A stretch of 64,000 nucleotides of DNA from Pseudomonadota bacterium (GCA_043823065.1 JBDRBB010000023.1:31790-95789); one strand, 5' to 3'; counted from the first letter of the stretch, positions 40,084-50,401 are shown. Translations and numbers: made by a program. The notes: a model not told the origin generated them from the sequence alone.

Positions 40084-41406
40084 TTGTGCTATCAATCTGT
40101 TGTGCAGCTAAGATTAAAAAAATTGAGTTTGTTTTTTTTGGTGTTGCTGTGTTTAAGTTTTTGGCCCCAATTAAATTTTGCCCAACAAGAAGATGCTGAA
40201 GACCAGTCTTTGGTTAAAGTGGAACCTCCCACCAGATATTATTTAAAACAAATTGCTTTGTTTCCTTTGGATTTGCCTGGTTATGTTTTGCGCGGAGCGG
40301 TTTTTCCCATAGAATATGGCTTTCGCAAAATGGAGGAACATCGGGTTTTTAATCGACTAGCTGATTTCATGTCCAATGAAGATAAGACAATCTGGGTTTA
40401 TCCCATTATTGAAGGCGGCGCTGGTTCCAGCTTTGGCGGTGGTGTGGGGACCAAGTTTACCAATCTCTTTAATGATGGTTACCAGTTTTCTGCGACATAT
40501 CGAATTCATATAAATTTGGATCAATATGCCAGCTTAATGTTAGGCAAAGAAAATGCTTTCAGCTTATGGAACAGGCCTTTTTCCTTTGCTGTTGAAGCAA
40601 ATTTTAAAAGACAGCTTGGCGAAGATTTTTACGGTATTGGCAATAATTCCCAAAGATCAAATCAAACCGAGTTTGCAGACAATGATATTGAAACATTGTT
40701 TAAGCTAGGTTGGGAGGTGCTGTCTAATTTCCATGTGGAGCCTCGGATTGGATTTTGTTTCGGCCACACTGGGCCAAAAAAACATGGTGGTCATCCCAGC
40801 ATACAAACTGTTTTTCCTTTAGCTGATTTGCCAGGTTTTAATCGTTGGGTAGATTACTTAAAAACAGGTCTAAGAATTGCGCATGATACCCGAGACAATA
40901 AAAACAGGCCGCGCATTGGCGGAGAAAGGGCAGTAACTTATAATTACTATCAATTTTTAGGAGATGGTAAATATAGTTTTAATAGCTATGAGTTTGAGGT
41001 TAGCCAATATATTCCGCTTTGGCGGCCTGGTGTGGTTTTGGCTTTGTATAACACTTGGGTATTTGAGCAGCAAATCAAAGGCAGTAGAATTCCTTTTTAT
41101 CGTTTGGCAGCTTTAGATGCCTGGCATATGCTGCGTGGTTTTGATCGCGGACGTTTCCTCGACTCGTCCAGTGTGATTTTTAATGTTGAGTACTATTTTC
41201 CAATTTCTGGAGTAATTGAGGGCATGTTTTTTTATGATACTGGTCGGGTTTTTGATGGTATTACAAATTTCAGTTTTGCAGATTTTAAATATTCTGCGGG
41301 CGCTGGCCTAAACTTTCATCTTTTTAATCTGGATTTGGTTCGTCTTAGGGTTGCCTATGGCGGTGAAGGCATTAATGTTATTATTGGAGTAACTAAGAGC
41401 TTATGA
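40084..41406 (+). CDS. Omp85/BamA-TamA family outer membrane beta-barrel
   Basis: Signal peptide, DFYGIGN, HDTRDN, LRGFDRGRF, FYDTGRVF, YSAGAG. Confidence 0.85.
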   Translation: MCYQSVVQLRLKKLSLFFLVLLCLSFWPQLNFAQQEDAEDQSLVKVEPPTRYYLKQIALFPLDLPGYVLRGAVFPIEYGFRKMEEHRVFNRLADFMSNEDKTIWVYPIIEGGAGSSFGGGVGTKFTNLFNDGYQFSATYRIHINLDQYASLMLGKENAFSLWNRPFSFAVEANFKRQLGEDFYGIGNNSQRSNQTEFADNDIETLFKLGWEVLSNFHVEPRIGFCFGHTGPKKHGGHPSIQTVFPLADLPGFNRWVDYLKTGLRIAHDTRDNKNRPRIGGERAVTYNYYQFLGDGKYSFNSYEFEVSQYIPLWRPGVVLALYNTWVFEQQIKGSRIPFYRLAALDAWHMLRGFDRGRFLDSSSVIFNVEYYFPISGVIEGMFFYDTGRVFDGITNFSFADFKYSAGAGLNFHLFNLDLVRLRVAYGGEGINVIIGVTKSL

Positions 41407-42935
41407 CTAAGCGATTTTTAAAAATATTTTATCTGATCCTGATTTTGCTTATGGCTAGTTGTGCCAGAAATGAGCATTTTCGCTATCCTGCCAAGAAGTG
41501 GCAGGTAGATAATGACCGGCAGCCAATAGCTATGCCCAAAGTGGATAAGAATTATCTTTTGCTGGATGAGGCGGAAAAACAAATTTATGAGCAGATTAAA
41601 ATTGTCAGCAGCATGACCTATGCCATTCAGCCTTCGCATTTGCTTACCTTAAGCGGCAAACAGCCAGCTCTTAATACCAATAATTTTGATGAAGTGCCTG
41701 ATTGTACTTGGTTCACTAATTATTTAGGAAGATATGATTTATCTGAAAAAGAAATTATAAAACAGATCAAGACTCGGTCGGTTCCTGATATAACAGGCAA
41801 CTTCCTGGTAAAAGGAGCTGAAGCAGTGGGCGAGATATATTGGTTGTTGGTTAAAGATGAAAAGGAAAAATATTTTCTGTTAAAGTTTCATAGTCTAGAT
41901 AGCATCAGCAAAGAGATCGTGTCTTTAAGTATCTTGCGTTTGGCTGGTTATAATGTCCCAGATGTTTATTATCTTGAGCTTGCGCCAAGCCAATTGATTT
42001 TAGATTCCAAGGCTAAGCATAGAGATAAATATGGTAAGCTTCATGGTTTATCTGATAAAAAATTTGAGAAGATTAAGGAAGAATTGAACCATCGAGAAAA
42101 AATCACTGCCATGGCTATTTCTTCTGTAGATGGAAAAATTCTTGGCCCGTTTTCTTTTTCAGGGAGACGCTATGGAGATTTTAATGATCGGGTTCCACAT
42201 GAACATCGGCGGGAACTAAGGGCCTTGTCTATCTTTTTTGCTTTGCTAGATGTTAAGATGCCTATTGAAGAAAATACCATGGATACTTTTGTTGTAAATG
42301 ATGATCCCAGGGGCTATTTAAAACATTATTTATTTGATGTTGAGGCAAATGTTGGCAAGCAAGAAGAGTTTGATCCTGAAAAATGGCGTCCAAGTTATCC
42401 TAACCCAGCGTTTTTGTTTCTTACAGATCAAGATGCTTTTTGGGCTGCTAAAATGATTGTGCGTCTTACAGATGAAAAACTGAAAACCATTGTTCATTTG
42501 GCTAGATTTTCAGATCAGCAATTAGCAAAAAAAGTAGAAGAAGATTTAAAAGAACGAAGAGATAAGATTGGCAGCTATTGGTTTAAGCAGGTTAATCCCT
42601 TGGATAATTTTGATCTATCCAGTATTTCCGTAGGGCAGCGAATAGTTTTTGATGATTTGGCAATTGATCATGGTTTTTCTCAACCAGAAGATACAATATA
42701 TCGTTTTAGGCTGCAGTCACGTTTAGGTAGAATTATATTTACTGATTGGCAAACAATTCAGAAACCTGAATTCAATTTGACGGAGGATGTATTAGCTAAA
42801 TTAGACAAAGACCAAATTTATGTGGTTAGAATTGAGACCAAAAGAAAGGCAAGCCAATGGTGGAGCCAACCACTGGATTTGTTTATTAAAAAAGACGGAC
42901 AAAAAATAATAATATTAGGACTTGAGCGAAAGTGA
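41403..42935 (+). CDS. hypothetical lipoprotein
   Basis: Lipobox MASC; NNFDEVPDCTWFTN and DRVPHEHRRELRAL motifs; coupled to the Omp85 gene. Confidence 0.7.
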   Translation: MTKRFLKIFYLILILLMASCARNEHFRYPAKKWQVDNDRQPIAMPKVDKNYLLLDEAEKQIYEQIKIVSSMTYAIQPSHLLTLSGKQPALNTNNFDEVPDCTWFTNYLGRYDLSEKEIIKQIKTRSVPDITGNFLVKGAEAVGEIYWLLVKDEKEKYFLLKFHSLDSISKEIVSLSILRLAGYNVPDVYYLELAPSQLILDSKAKHRDKYGKLHGLSDKKFEKIKEELNHREKITAMAISSVDGKILGPFSFSGRRYGDFNDRVPHEHRRELRALSIFFALLDVKMPIEENTMDTFVVNDDPRGYLKHYLFDVEANVGKQEEFDPEKWRPSYPNPAFLFLTDQDAFWAAKMIVRLTDEKLKTIVHLARFSDQQLAKKVEEDLKERRDKIGSYWFKQVNPLDNFDLSSISVGQRIVFDDLAIDHGFSQPEDTIYRFRLQSRLGRIIFTDWQTIQKPEFNLTEDVLAKLDKDQIYVVRIETKRKASQWWSQPLDLFIKKDGQKIIILGLERK

Positions 42936-42979
42936 TTAATATGATTAATACGAACATCATAACCAAAAAGGGGGTTAGT

Positions 42980-43423
42980 ATGAGAAAGTTAGTAATGTTA
43001 GCAGTATGTTTGGCAGTAGGCTTATGTTTTTCCGCAACAGGCAAGGCTGGAGATGAAGTTACGATCAAAGCTAAGTCCAAAACCGTAGGTGATACAACTA
43101 AGGAAAAAATGGAAGTTAAGACTCCAGAAGGTAAAGAAGTTGTAAAAGTAAAAGAAACAGCAACTGATACAGAAGCCAAGATTGTTACTAAAACACCCAA
43201 GGCTGGCCATGTGAAAAAAGAAGTAGTTACTTTTAAAGAGTATAATCAGAACGCTGATACTATTACTGTGATTACAGATACCAAAGAAGTAAGAACTATC
43301 AAAAATGGTGGCTATAAATATGAGCCAGGTATTGTGAAGCAACATCAGAAAGTTACTATTACCTCTACATATGATCCTAAACTCTTGGATTATGTAGTAA
43401 CTGATATGGCTCCACAGAGCTAA
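42980..43423 (+). CDS. secreted Lys/Thr-rich hypothetical protein
   Basis: AAGGGGG RBS, signal peptide MRKLVMLAVCLAVG, followed by a terminator. Confidence 0.7.
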   Translation: MRKLVMLAVCLAVGLCFSATGKAGDEVTIKAKSKTVGDTTKEKMEVKTPEGKEVVKVKETATDTEAKIVTKTPKAGHVKKEVVTFKEYNQNADTITVITDTKEVRTIKNGGYKYEPGIVKQHQKVTITSTYDPKLLDYVVTDMAPQS

Positions 43424-43440
43424 TAAATTTTTATTTTCGC

Positions 43441-43471
43441 AAAAAAGCCCTGATTTTTCAGGGCTTTTTTT
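43441..43471 (+). terminator. intrinsic terminator
   Basis: AAAAAAGCCCTGA-TTTT-TCAGGGCTTTTTT. Confidence 0.85.
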
Positions 43472-43474
43472 ATT

Positions 43475-43533
43475 TGTCATTCTGAGTGTAGCGAATAATT
43501 TCAAGAAATCCTTTGCTTTTGGCTCAGGATTGC
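43475..43533. repeat. degenerate TGTCATTCTGAG...CTCAGGAT palindromic element
   Basis: Same TGTCAT-family terminus as the other palindromes in the window. Confidence 0.55.
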
Positions 43534-43656
43534 TCAAAATTTGCGCAACTAATTCTAATCATTCCACGTCTATCTGGAGTAATCGTTAATAATACTCATG
43601 GAAAAATTTACTTTCGCAACTTAAATACTATTGTTTCACCAGATATGTGTAGATTA

Positions 43657-44895
43657 TCATAACTCTGTTATCGGAATCACCACTGTATTTTCATCCAAGC
43701 GCATTATTTCATTTCCGCCAGAAACTATAATTTGCATGGCAATTTGTTTGCGAGGATAGGTTTCACGGAATGCCTGCATGCCGCGTAGATCTTTTAAGCT
43801 TGGTCTGGCTGCAAGTTTTGCTTCTATTAACCAAAACTTTCCGTCTTTTTCAATGATCAAATCAATTTCAGCGCCGCCATGGCTTCGCCAATGATACAAA
43901 GCTGGAAGTGCAGGCAAATAATGCAGTTGCTTAAAAATTTCATTAACCACAAAAGTTTCAAATAAATTGCCAAACAAGGGATGAGACATCAAAGATGTTG
44001 CTGAAAAGATACTGGACAGAAAACAAGCAAAACCCACATCGCTAAAATACCCCTTAGGTTTTTCAGATAATCGTTTAGTTGTGTTGCCTGAATAAGCTGG
44101 AATCTCCAGCCATTGATAAGATGCTTTCAAAATAGACAACCAGGACTTGGCTGTTTTAGGATCAACACCGATTTCTCTGCCCAAGTGAGAGTGGTTTATT
44201 TCCTGTGCGCTTAATTGTGCGCATAGTCTGGTGAATCTGGTGAACATTTGCAAATCTGAAATATCTCCTAACAACCTTATGTCACGTTCAACATATGTTT
44301 TTAAGTAACTTTCAAACCAGGCCAAGGTTCCTTGTTCATCCATTTCTAAGGTACGTGGATAAGCTCCTTTGATCATCAATTGTGCTAAGTTGGGTTTGGA
44401 AACAGATAAGCTAGTTATGTTTTTGGGTATTTTTTCTGAAGTTAGCAATTTTAGAAGCAAACCTGGTTGATTAACTGTTTCAAATATTTCCTTAAGAGAA
44501 AAGCCTGGCAAATCCAACATTGCTGCTCTTCCAGCCAAGCTTTCAGTAATAGATTTTATTACTGCAAACTGCTGTGAGCCAGTGACAAAAAAAAGGCCCA
44601 TCTCATCTTTTCTCTCATCTGCTAACCTTTTTAGCACTGGTGCCAGGTTTGGCACATATTGTATTTCATCTAAAATTAAGGGAGGGGGATTTAAGCTTAA
44701 GAAAAGTTCAGGATCTTGGCGGGCGTTTTCCACATCAATAACTGGGTCAAAAACAACGCGGCGCATTTTTTTGCCAAAAAGATGGTCCAAAAGAGTGCTC
44801 TTTCCTGCCTGGCGGGCGCCATTTAAAACTATAATAGGAAATTGCCTGGCCAATTTAAGTATTTTTTCTTCCAAAATACGTTTTCTATATCTCAT
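43657..44895 (-). CDS. AAA_14 ATPase with DUF4143 domain
   Basis: GARQAGKST, LDEIQ, TGSQ, ESLAGR, TYVERDI, EIDL..IEAK. Confidence 0.9.
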   Translation of the reverse strand: MRYRKRILEEKILKLARQFPIIVLNGARQAGKSTLLDHLFGKKMRRVVFDPVIDVENARQDPELFLSLNPPPLILDEIQYVPNLAPVLKRLADERKDEMGLFFVTGSQQFAVIKSITESLAGRAAMLDLPGFSLKEIFETVNQPGLLLKLLTSEKIPKNITSLSVSKPNLAQLMIKGAYPRTLEMDEQGTLAWFESYLKTYVERDIRLLGDISDLQMFTRFTRLCAQLSAQEINHSHLGREIGVDPKTAKSWLSILKASYQWLEIPAYSGNTTKRLSEKPKGYFSDVGFACFLSSIFSATSLMSHPLFGNLFETFVVNEIFKQLHYLPALPALYHWRSHGGAEIDLIIEKDGKFWLIEAKLAARPSLKDLRGMQAFRETYPRKQIAMQIIVSGGNEIMRLDENTVVIPITEL

Positions 44896-44939
44896 GCTTG
44901 AATTATAGGACTAATACTCCTAATAATCAAGCTAAAATT

Positions 44940-45092
44940 AATTGGTGGAACTGCAGCAGTTTCGTACACTTCTGTCCAAAAATACAGCAATCTAAACACC
45001 CCTTAAAATAAAAAAACCTTAAAAAACAACAGAACTACTGTTGGCACGCTGCTTGCTATATAGTTGGTCAAAAACAAACAAAAGGAGACATT
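44940..45092 (+). promoter_or_regulatory. sigma-54 promoter cassette copy 1 (putative enhancer, -24/-12 at 45041-45057, RBS)
   Basis: TTGGCACGCTGCTTGCT (GG-N10-GC); upstream CTGTCCAAAAATACAG palindrome; AAGGAGACATT-ATG. Confidence 0.9.
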
Positions 45093-45332
45093 ATGCTTAA
45101 GGTACATCAAGTAGCAAGCAACCAAGAAATGACTAACGATCAGTCTTTGGGCTCATTGCCAACGTCAAGGCAAGCAAGAGAGATTAATTGTCATTTAGCT
45201 TATCTGGGTTTGATAAGCTTGATTAATGGCCAGGGAATTGCCGAATCCATTGATAATTATCCAGATGAAACTTTTCCTAATCCGCAACCAAATCCAGAAC
45301 CTATTAATCCTAATGCACCAACTATTAGATAA
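45093..45332 (+). CDS. short peptide, putative RiPP/signal precursor A1
   Basis: Strong RBS behind a sigma-54 promoter; paralog of 50402-50719 (LAYLGLISL...SIDNYPDETFP...NPNAPTI). Confidence 0.75.
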   Translation: MLKVHQVASNQEMTNDQSLGSLPTSRQAREINCHLAYLGLISLINGQGIAESIDNYPDETFPNPQPNPEPINPNAPTIR

Positions 45333-45351
45333 AATTAAATCTCAATAAGAA

Positions 45352-45596
45352 AGGGGGTGAGAGGCATTTTTCAATGGACACGGAACTTGCCCTATTTGCT
45401 TGTGATTATATATTAAATAAATCACAAGACTCAATTTTCTATAACTACTAATGGAGTCATGAATAATAAAATTCGGCAATTTCTGATTGATCATAATTTT
45501 AGCATAACTTTATCCATGGACGGTCTACCAGAGATCCAGAATAAACAAAGACCTTTGCGAAATCTAAAAGACCCATATGAATATGTGAGTCTGTAA
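45352..45596 (+). pseudogene. radical SAM enzyme remnant
   Basis: 45432-45596 translates QFSITTNGVMNNKIRQFLIDHNFSITLSMDGLPEIQNKQRPL, the TTNG and ISxDG motifs of rSAM/SPASM enzymes; no CxxxCxxC. Confidence 0.75.
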
Positions 45597-45611
45597 ATCC
45601 AAACTTGCCTA

Positions 45612-45709
45612 CCTCAAAGCCCATTGACACACATCCAGGGGGCCCTTTTCTAGGTCCAATCCATTTTTAGCTACACAGAGGACACAATAAAAACTAATAC
45701 AACTAACAG
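45612..45709 (+). repeat. about 90-bp direct repeat, copy A
   Basis: Near-identical to 55779-55867 apart from a 9-bp indel. Confidence 0.85.
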
Positions 45710-45827
45710 TATGATATAATTAAACTTTCTCCAGCTAAATTTAAGCATATTTAAGCAACTTTTTTTGCTATTTGCCGATTAATATATTGATTTAGAAAAT
45801 ATAATATATAAATTTTGATATTAATAT

Positions 45828-46877
45828 ATGCTCAGTAAATGGTTTAAAAAGAAAAAAAGTCAATCTAGCTCACCTAAGCCAATTTTTAATCTACAGATGG
45901 ACCTTACTTATTGCTGTAACTTATCTTGCAGACATTGTTATCAATCAAGTGCTATTTCCGATAAAAATGAATTGTCACTTAGTGAATGGAAGGAAGTTTT
46001 AAGCCAATTCGAAAATTTAACCTATAAGTTAGGTGTTATACCCAGTGTACTTTTGAGTGGTGGAGAGCCTTTAGTATGGCCGAATTTAAATGAGTTAATT
46101 CAATATATTTATTCAAAGCAAATAGAAATTAGTCTTTTGACCAATGGCACATTAGTAAATTCAAAATTTGCTGTCTTTTTAAAAAAATATAACGTTCAAG
46201 TTCAGATTAGCATTGATGGTGGCGATGCTGATTCACATGATTATTTTAGAGGTAAGGGAAGTTTTGAAAAAGCTGCAAAAGGTTTAGAGCAGCTACGAGT
46301 TTATAATGTCCCATTTGTTTTCCAGTCAGTTTTACAAAAATATAATTGTGGACAAATTCATAATTTCTTCAATTTAGCAAAACAATTTGGTGCGCAAGCT
46401 ATGAACTTCACCAGATATTTACCAAATATGCATGACACAAATGAAAAAACTAACGAAGTTCAGAATATGCTTTCAGGCAAAGAGTTAAAAAAGGTTTTTG
46501 AAGAAATACTTTTTTACTCTAAAGAATATATGATGCCAACCGCTACGCATCAGCCCTTATGGTGTCTAATAGATCCACATTTAGGTCATCCTAGTAGTGC
46601 TGGTTTTCTAGGTTTAACTATTGCTCCTGACGGCCAAATTCAGCTAACCAGTAGAATTTTTGATCCCATTGGTGATGCTAAGAAACCCGATGGTTTAATT
46701 AAAGCATACTTTGATAATAAGACTGTAAATAAACTAAGGCAAGGCAAGATTAGAGGCTGTAGTAATTGTCGACATTTTTTAAAGTGTCGTGGTGATAGAA
46801 ATATAAGCTATGTTTTGTCTGGCGATTTTCTTGGTCCTGATGAGCATTGTTGGTTTTGGCAAGAAACTTTTAAATAA
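45828..46877 (+). CDS. radical SAM protein with degenerate SPASM domain
   Basis: CNLSCRHC, SGGEP, LTNG, QISIDG; C-terminal CSNCRHFLKC...HCW. Confidence 0.9.
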   Translation: MLSKWFKKKKSQSSSPKPIFNLQMDLTYCCNLSCRHCYQSSAISDKNELSLSEWKEVLSQFENLTYKLGVIPSVLLSGGEPLVWPNLNELIQYIYSKQIEISLLTNGTLVNSKFAVFLKKYNVQVQISIDGGDADSHDYFRGKGSFEKAAKGLEQLRVYNVPFVFQSVLQKYNCGQIHNFFNLAKQFGAQAMNFTRYLPNMHDTNEKTNEVQNMLSGKELKKVFEEILFYSKEYMMPTATHQPLWCLIDPHLGHPSSAGFLGLTIAPDGQIQLTSRIFDPIGDAKKPDGLIKAYFDNKTVNKLRQGKIRGCSNCRHFLKCRGDRNISYVLSGDFLGPDEHCWFWQETFK

Positions 46878-46895
46878 TTTGATTGGTTTTGATAA

Positions 46896-48446
46896 GTGCA
46901 AATGCGAAAAATAGTATATATTGCAGCATGTTTAATTTTTTTAGGATCTGTTGCTATTGGAGTGTATTCAAAAATGAATAAAAACGATCAAAGAGTGTTA
47001 GTATACGGGCTAGGTTCAAGTGGTTGGGGTCCGCTTTATCCAGCTCATCAATCGTCTTTATATGCTGCTTTAGTTATTTCACATGTTTATGATTCATTAG
47101 TTGGGGTAGATAATACCGGTGGCTTTGTGCCCAATTTAGCAACAACGTGGGATGTAAATCAAGATTATACAGTTTATACTTTTGTATTAGATACTGATAG
47201 AAAATTTTCCGATGGCACGCCATTAACAGCAAATTTATATAAAGAATCATTGCTTTATTCATTAAAATTAAATGCAGCAGCTGCTAATAAAAGTGCTCTA
47301 GATGTTTTATATGCTCTTAAAGGTTTTTCAAAATTTGAAGCTATAGGTGATATTGAAGGATTACAAGTTGAAGGAGATAAAATATTAAAGCTGATTTTTG
47401 AAAAACCTTACCGTGGTGCTATAGAGCAACTAAGTGGTACTCGATATGGCGCTTATATAATGAAGGATGGTAATTATTTAGGAGCCGGACCATATATTTA
47501 TTCAAAGTTAGAAGCTGATTATGTCGAGTTAGAACCAAATCCATATTATCCACATCCGCTTTCTATAAAAAAAGTAAAAATAACTACAGATGGTGTAAAA
47601 GAGTTATATGAGGGGAAAGTGGATGTCATTTTGGCCCCATCTTTTTTAAAAAAACCATCAGTTGTTAAAATTAATACTGCGTATAAGAAATTGAGTTTTT
47701 TGCTGTCAGCGCATAGGCTTGTTGTAGTTAATGGTATAAAAGGAAAAATATTTGAAAAACCTGAGTATAGGAAAGCTGTACAATATATAATTTTTAAGTA
47801 TTTTTTAGATACATACGCAGATAAACTTTCTTCTGATTTCTTTAAGGCTGATTTGCAATTTTATCCGGCTTTATTTGCAGGTCGTCTTGAAAAAACAGAA
47901 GTGATGGCGCTAATGGAAGAGGGTAAAAAATATGTTGAGAGTCTTAGAAAGGCTTCAAAGACTAATCCAATTAAATGTGTTTATAGACTTATAGGAGATT
48001 TTAACTATTGTGAAGCTCTTAACTCCTATAATATAGATACTGAAAATTTAATGGAAAGCTTCACGGGTATTAAAGAGATTTTATATAAAAACTTTGACGC
48101 AGATTTAGTGAGCTATGGGGTTTCCTATACAAGTGCTGACCCAGATAATATTTATCATTTTTTAGGCAAAAAAGGTGCTCGATGGAGCCCTCTAACAACT
48201 AGATCCAAGGTAGAGGACTTAATAGAGGAGGGCCGCAGCATTACTGATCAAGAAAAGATAGACAAGCATTATAAAAAAGTTTCGCGGATGATTCTGGAAG
48301 AAGTGCCTATAGTTCATTTGGGACATCAAAAATTTTACTTAGAATATAATGTAGATATTGTTAAGCCAATTGAAGAAGTAGGGGCCAGGTGGAAGGGTGT
48401 GAATTCAAGTTTATTTGAGTGGAATCGAGGTGATTCAAGAAGGTAG
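46896..48446 (+). CDS. family-5 (oligopeptide/dipeptide) solute-binding protein
   Basis: N-terminal anchor, VYDSLV...PNLATTW...YTFVL...FSDGTPLTA, GAGPY; no permease or ABC ATPase gene nearby. Confidence 0.85.
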   Translation: MQMRKIVYIAACLIFLGSVAIGVYSKMNKNDQRVLVYGLGSSGWGPLYPAHQSSLYAALVISHVYDSLVGVDNTGGFVPNLATTWDVNQDYTVYTFVLDTDRKFSDGTPLTANLYKESLLYSLKLNAAAANKSALDVLYALKGFSKFEAIGDIEGLQVEGDKILKLIFEKPYRGAIEQLSGTRYGAYIMKDGNYLGAGPYIYSKLEADYVELEPNPYYPHPLSIKKVKITTDGVKELYEGKVDVILAPSFLKKPSVVKINTAYKKLSFLLSAHRLVVVNGIKGKIFEKPEYRKAVQYIIFKYFLDTYADKLSSDFFKADLQFYPALFAGRLEKTEVMALMEEGKKYVESLRKASKTNPIKCVYRLIGDFNYCEALNSYNIDTENLMESFTGIKEILYKNFDADLVSYGVSYTSADPDNIYHFLGKKGARWSPLTTRSKVEDLIEEGRSITDQEKIDKHYKKVSRMILEEVPIVHLGHQKFYLEYNVDIVKPIEEVGARWKGVNSSLFEWNRGDSRR

Positions 48447-48494
48447 TAAAGATTTGATTTATGCCAAAATAGCATAAGTCTAATCGGAGGTATA

Positions 48495-50240
48495 TTGCAG
48501 CTGAGTTTTCTCCAATGGGTTACTTTAAATATTAAAAGGAGATTAATTGCGGGAACCAGCCTCCTTTTGCTTGTTATTATAGCCATCCAAGGCCTATATA
48601 TAGTTAACCAGAAAAAACTTCAAGATGCACAATTTGAAACTATTACTGATTTTGTAGCTAGTGCTAGTCGGAAGCATGATTTATCTACTATTGAAAAAGC
48701 TTCATTGTTGTTTTTAAAAGCTTCTAAAGGTAATTGGATTGCGCTAAAGGATGCAAATAATAATGTTATTTGGAGTTATCCAGTTATAGCAGGAAAAGAT
48801 CATTCTGGTTTTAGCTTAACAAGGAAGTTGCAGGCTACGATTAGGACGGTTTCGGGTCCTATCTATCTGGTTTCTAAAGTTCCAATTTTCCCCAATCAAC
48901 TGATTCTTATCATAATTTTGCTAACTACTGTCTTATTTGTTGCTATTCTCTTTTGGGCTATCAAAGGAGTTTTGAAACGTTTATCCACTGATTTGGCTGG
49001 AGAGCTAAAAAAGATTGCTTCAAATGAGCAGAATATATTCATTGCCGAGTTTGAACAAGCTCGACAGCGGCTATGCAATCTTAGAGAAAAAGAGAAAATG
49101 CATGAAAAAGTATTAAGAGAAAAAGAAAAACTAGCTGCTATTGGTCAATCCGCAGCAATGATCGCCCATGATATTCGTAAACCACTTACCAATATGAAGT
49201 CACTGTTAAGTATGATAAATGGTATAGTGGATAACAATGACCCTGTTGGTCAAATGGCAACAAATGTTGACAATAGTATTAATAAAGTAAATTCAATGTT
49301 AAAGGAAATTCTCGATTTCTCAAAAAAAGCCATACATTTAAATCTTGCTGAAGTAGATCCTGTATCAATAATTTCAAGTTCATTAAAAGAAGTATTCAGC
49401 TGTAAACATAATCTTAATATTAATATTACTTATGATTTAGCCAGTACGCATAATTTAATGGTTGATAGGGATCGAGTTTTGCGAATATTCACAAATATTG
49501 TTAGCAATGCAGTTGAGGCTGTACAAGGTAAAGGTGATTTTTGGATTAAAACTGAAGATGTTGCAGATAAAGTTCGTATTGTAATAGGTAATGATGGTCC
49601 AATTATATCTTCTGAAGTTCAAGGTAAACTTTTTGAGCCATTTTTTACAACAGGAAAAAAACAAGGAACTGGTCTAGGTTTGGCCATTTGTAAGAAAATT
49701 ATAGAATTTCATAAAGGAAGTATATCCGTAGTCTCGGATAATAAAAATGGTAAAAATAAGACAGAATTTATAATTGATCTTCCTGCGGCTCCGCATAGAA
49801 CGCTGCAAAACTCAAATGAATTAATCTATCACTCAAGGCAAATAACTTCTCAGATAAAAGATAAAATAGACTATAACAAAGATATTAAAAAAGTAATCAT
49901 TCTTAATGATGATGCTGGATTATTGCTAAGCTTAAAAATGATGATAAAAAATAATGACACCGAAGTTTTCGAAGCAAAAAGTGTTTTTCAAGCTCAAAAG
50001 TATTTTTTGGAGAATAAAATAGATATAATTTTATCAGATATTGACCTGGGTGAGAGCGAGCAAACCGGCTATGATTTTCTAAAAATGATAAGAGAAAAAA
50101 ATACCAGCATTCCATTTTATATGGTTTCAGGTTATGAACAATCAATTGAAGAGCCGAAAGCTGTCAATTTAGGCGCCACAGGCTATTTACAGCTACCTAT
50201 CGAAAAAGCTCAACTTGATGAGTTAATTCAAAGGTCTTAA
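48495..50240 (+). CDS. hybrid sensor histidine kinase / receiver
   Basis: Two TMs; LAAIGQSAAMIAHDIRKPL; NIVSNAVEA; FEPFFTT..GTGLGL; C-terminal REC (ILSDIDL). Confidence 0.92.
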   Translation: MQLSFLQWVTLNIKRRLIAGTSLLLLVIIAIQGLYIVNQKKLQDAQFETITDFVASASRKHDLSTIEKASLLFLKASKGNWIALKDANNNVIWSYPVIAGKDHSGFSLTRKLQATIRTVSGPIYLVSKVPIFPNQLILIIILLTTVLFVAILFWAIKGVLKRLSTDLAGELKKIASNEQNIFIAEFEQARQRLCNLREKEKMHEKVLREKEKLAAIGQSAAMIAHDIRKPLTNMKSLLSMINGIVDNNDPVGQMATNVDNSINKVNSMLKEILDFSKKAIHLNLAEVDPVSIISSSLKEVFSCKHNLNINITYDLASTHNLMVDRDRVLRIFTNIVSNAVEAVQGKGDFWIKTEDVADKVRIVIGNDGPIISSEVQGKLFEPFFTTGKKQGTGLGLAICKKIIEFHKGSISVVSDNKNGKNKTEFIIDLPAAPHRTLQNSNELIYHSRQITSQIKDKIDYNKDIKKVIILNDDAGLLLSLKMMIKNNDTEVFEAKSVFQAQKYFLENKIDIILSDIDLGESEQTGYDFLKMIREKNTSIPFYMVSGYEQSIEEPKAVNLGATGYLQLPIEKAQLDELIQRS

Positions 50241-50257
50241 AAATGGTCTGAATCGAA

Positions 50258-50401
50258 AACTGCAGCGTTTCTGTACACCACTGTCCGAAAATACAGCAAT
50301 CTAAACACCTCTTAAAATAAAATCTCCTTACAAATCAACAAATCTACTGTTGGCACGCTGCTTGCTATATAGTTGGTTAAAAACAAACAAAAGGAGACAT
50401 T
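50258..50401 (+). promoter_or_regulatory. sigma-54 promoter cassette copy 2 (-24/-12 at 50350-50366)
   Basis: Near-identical to copy 1, including RBS. Confidence 0.9.
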
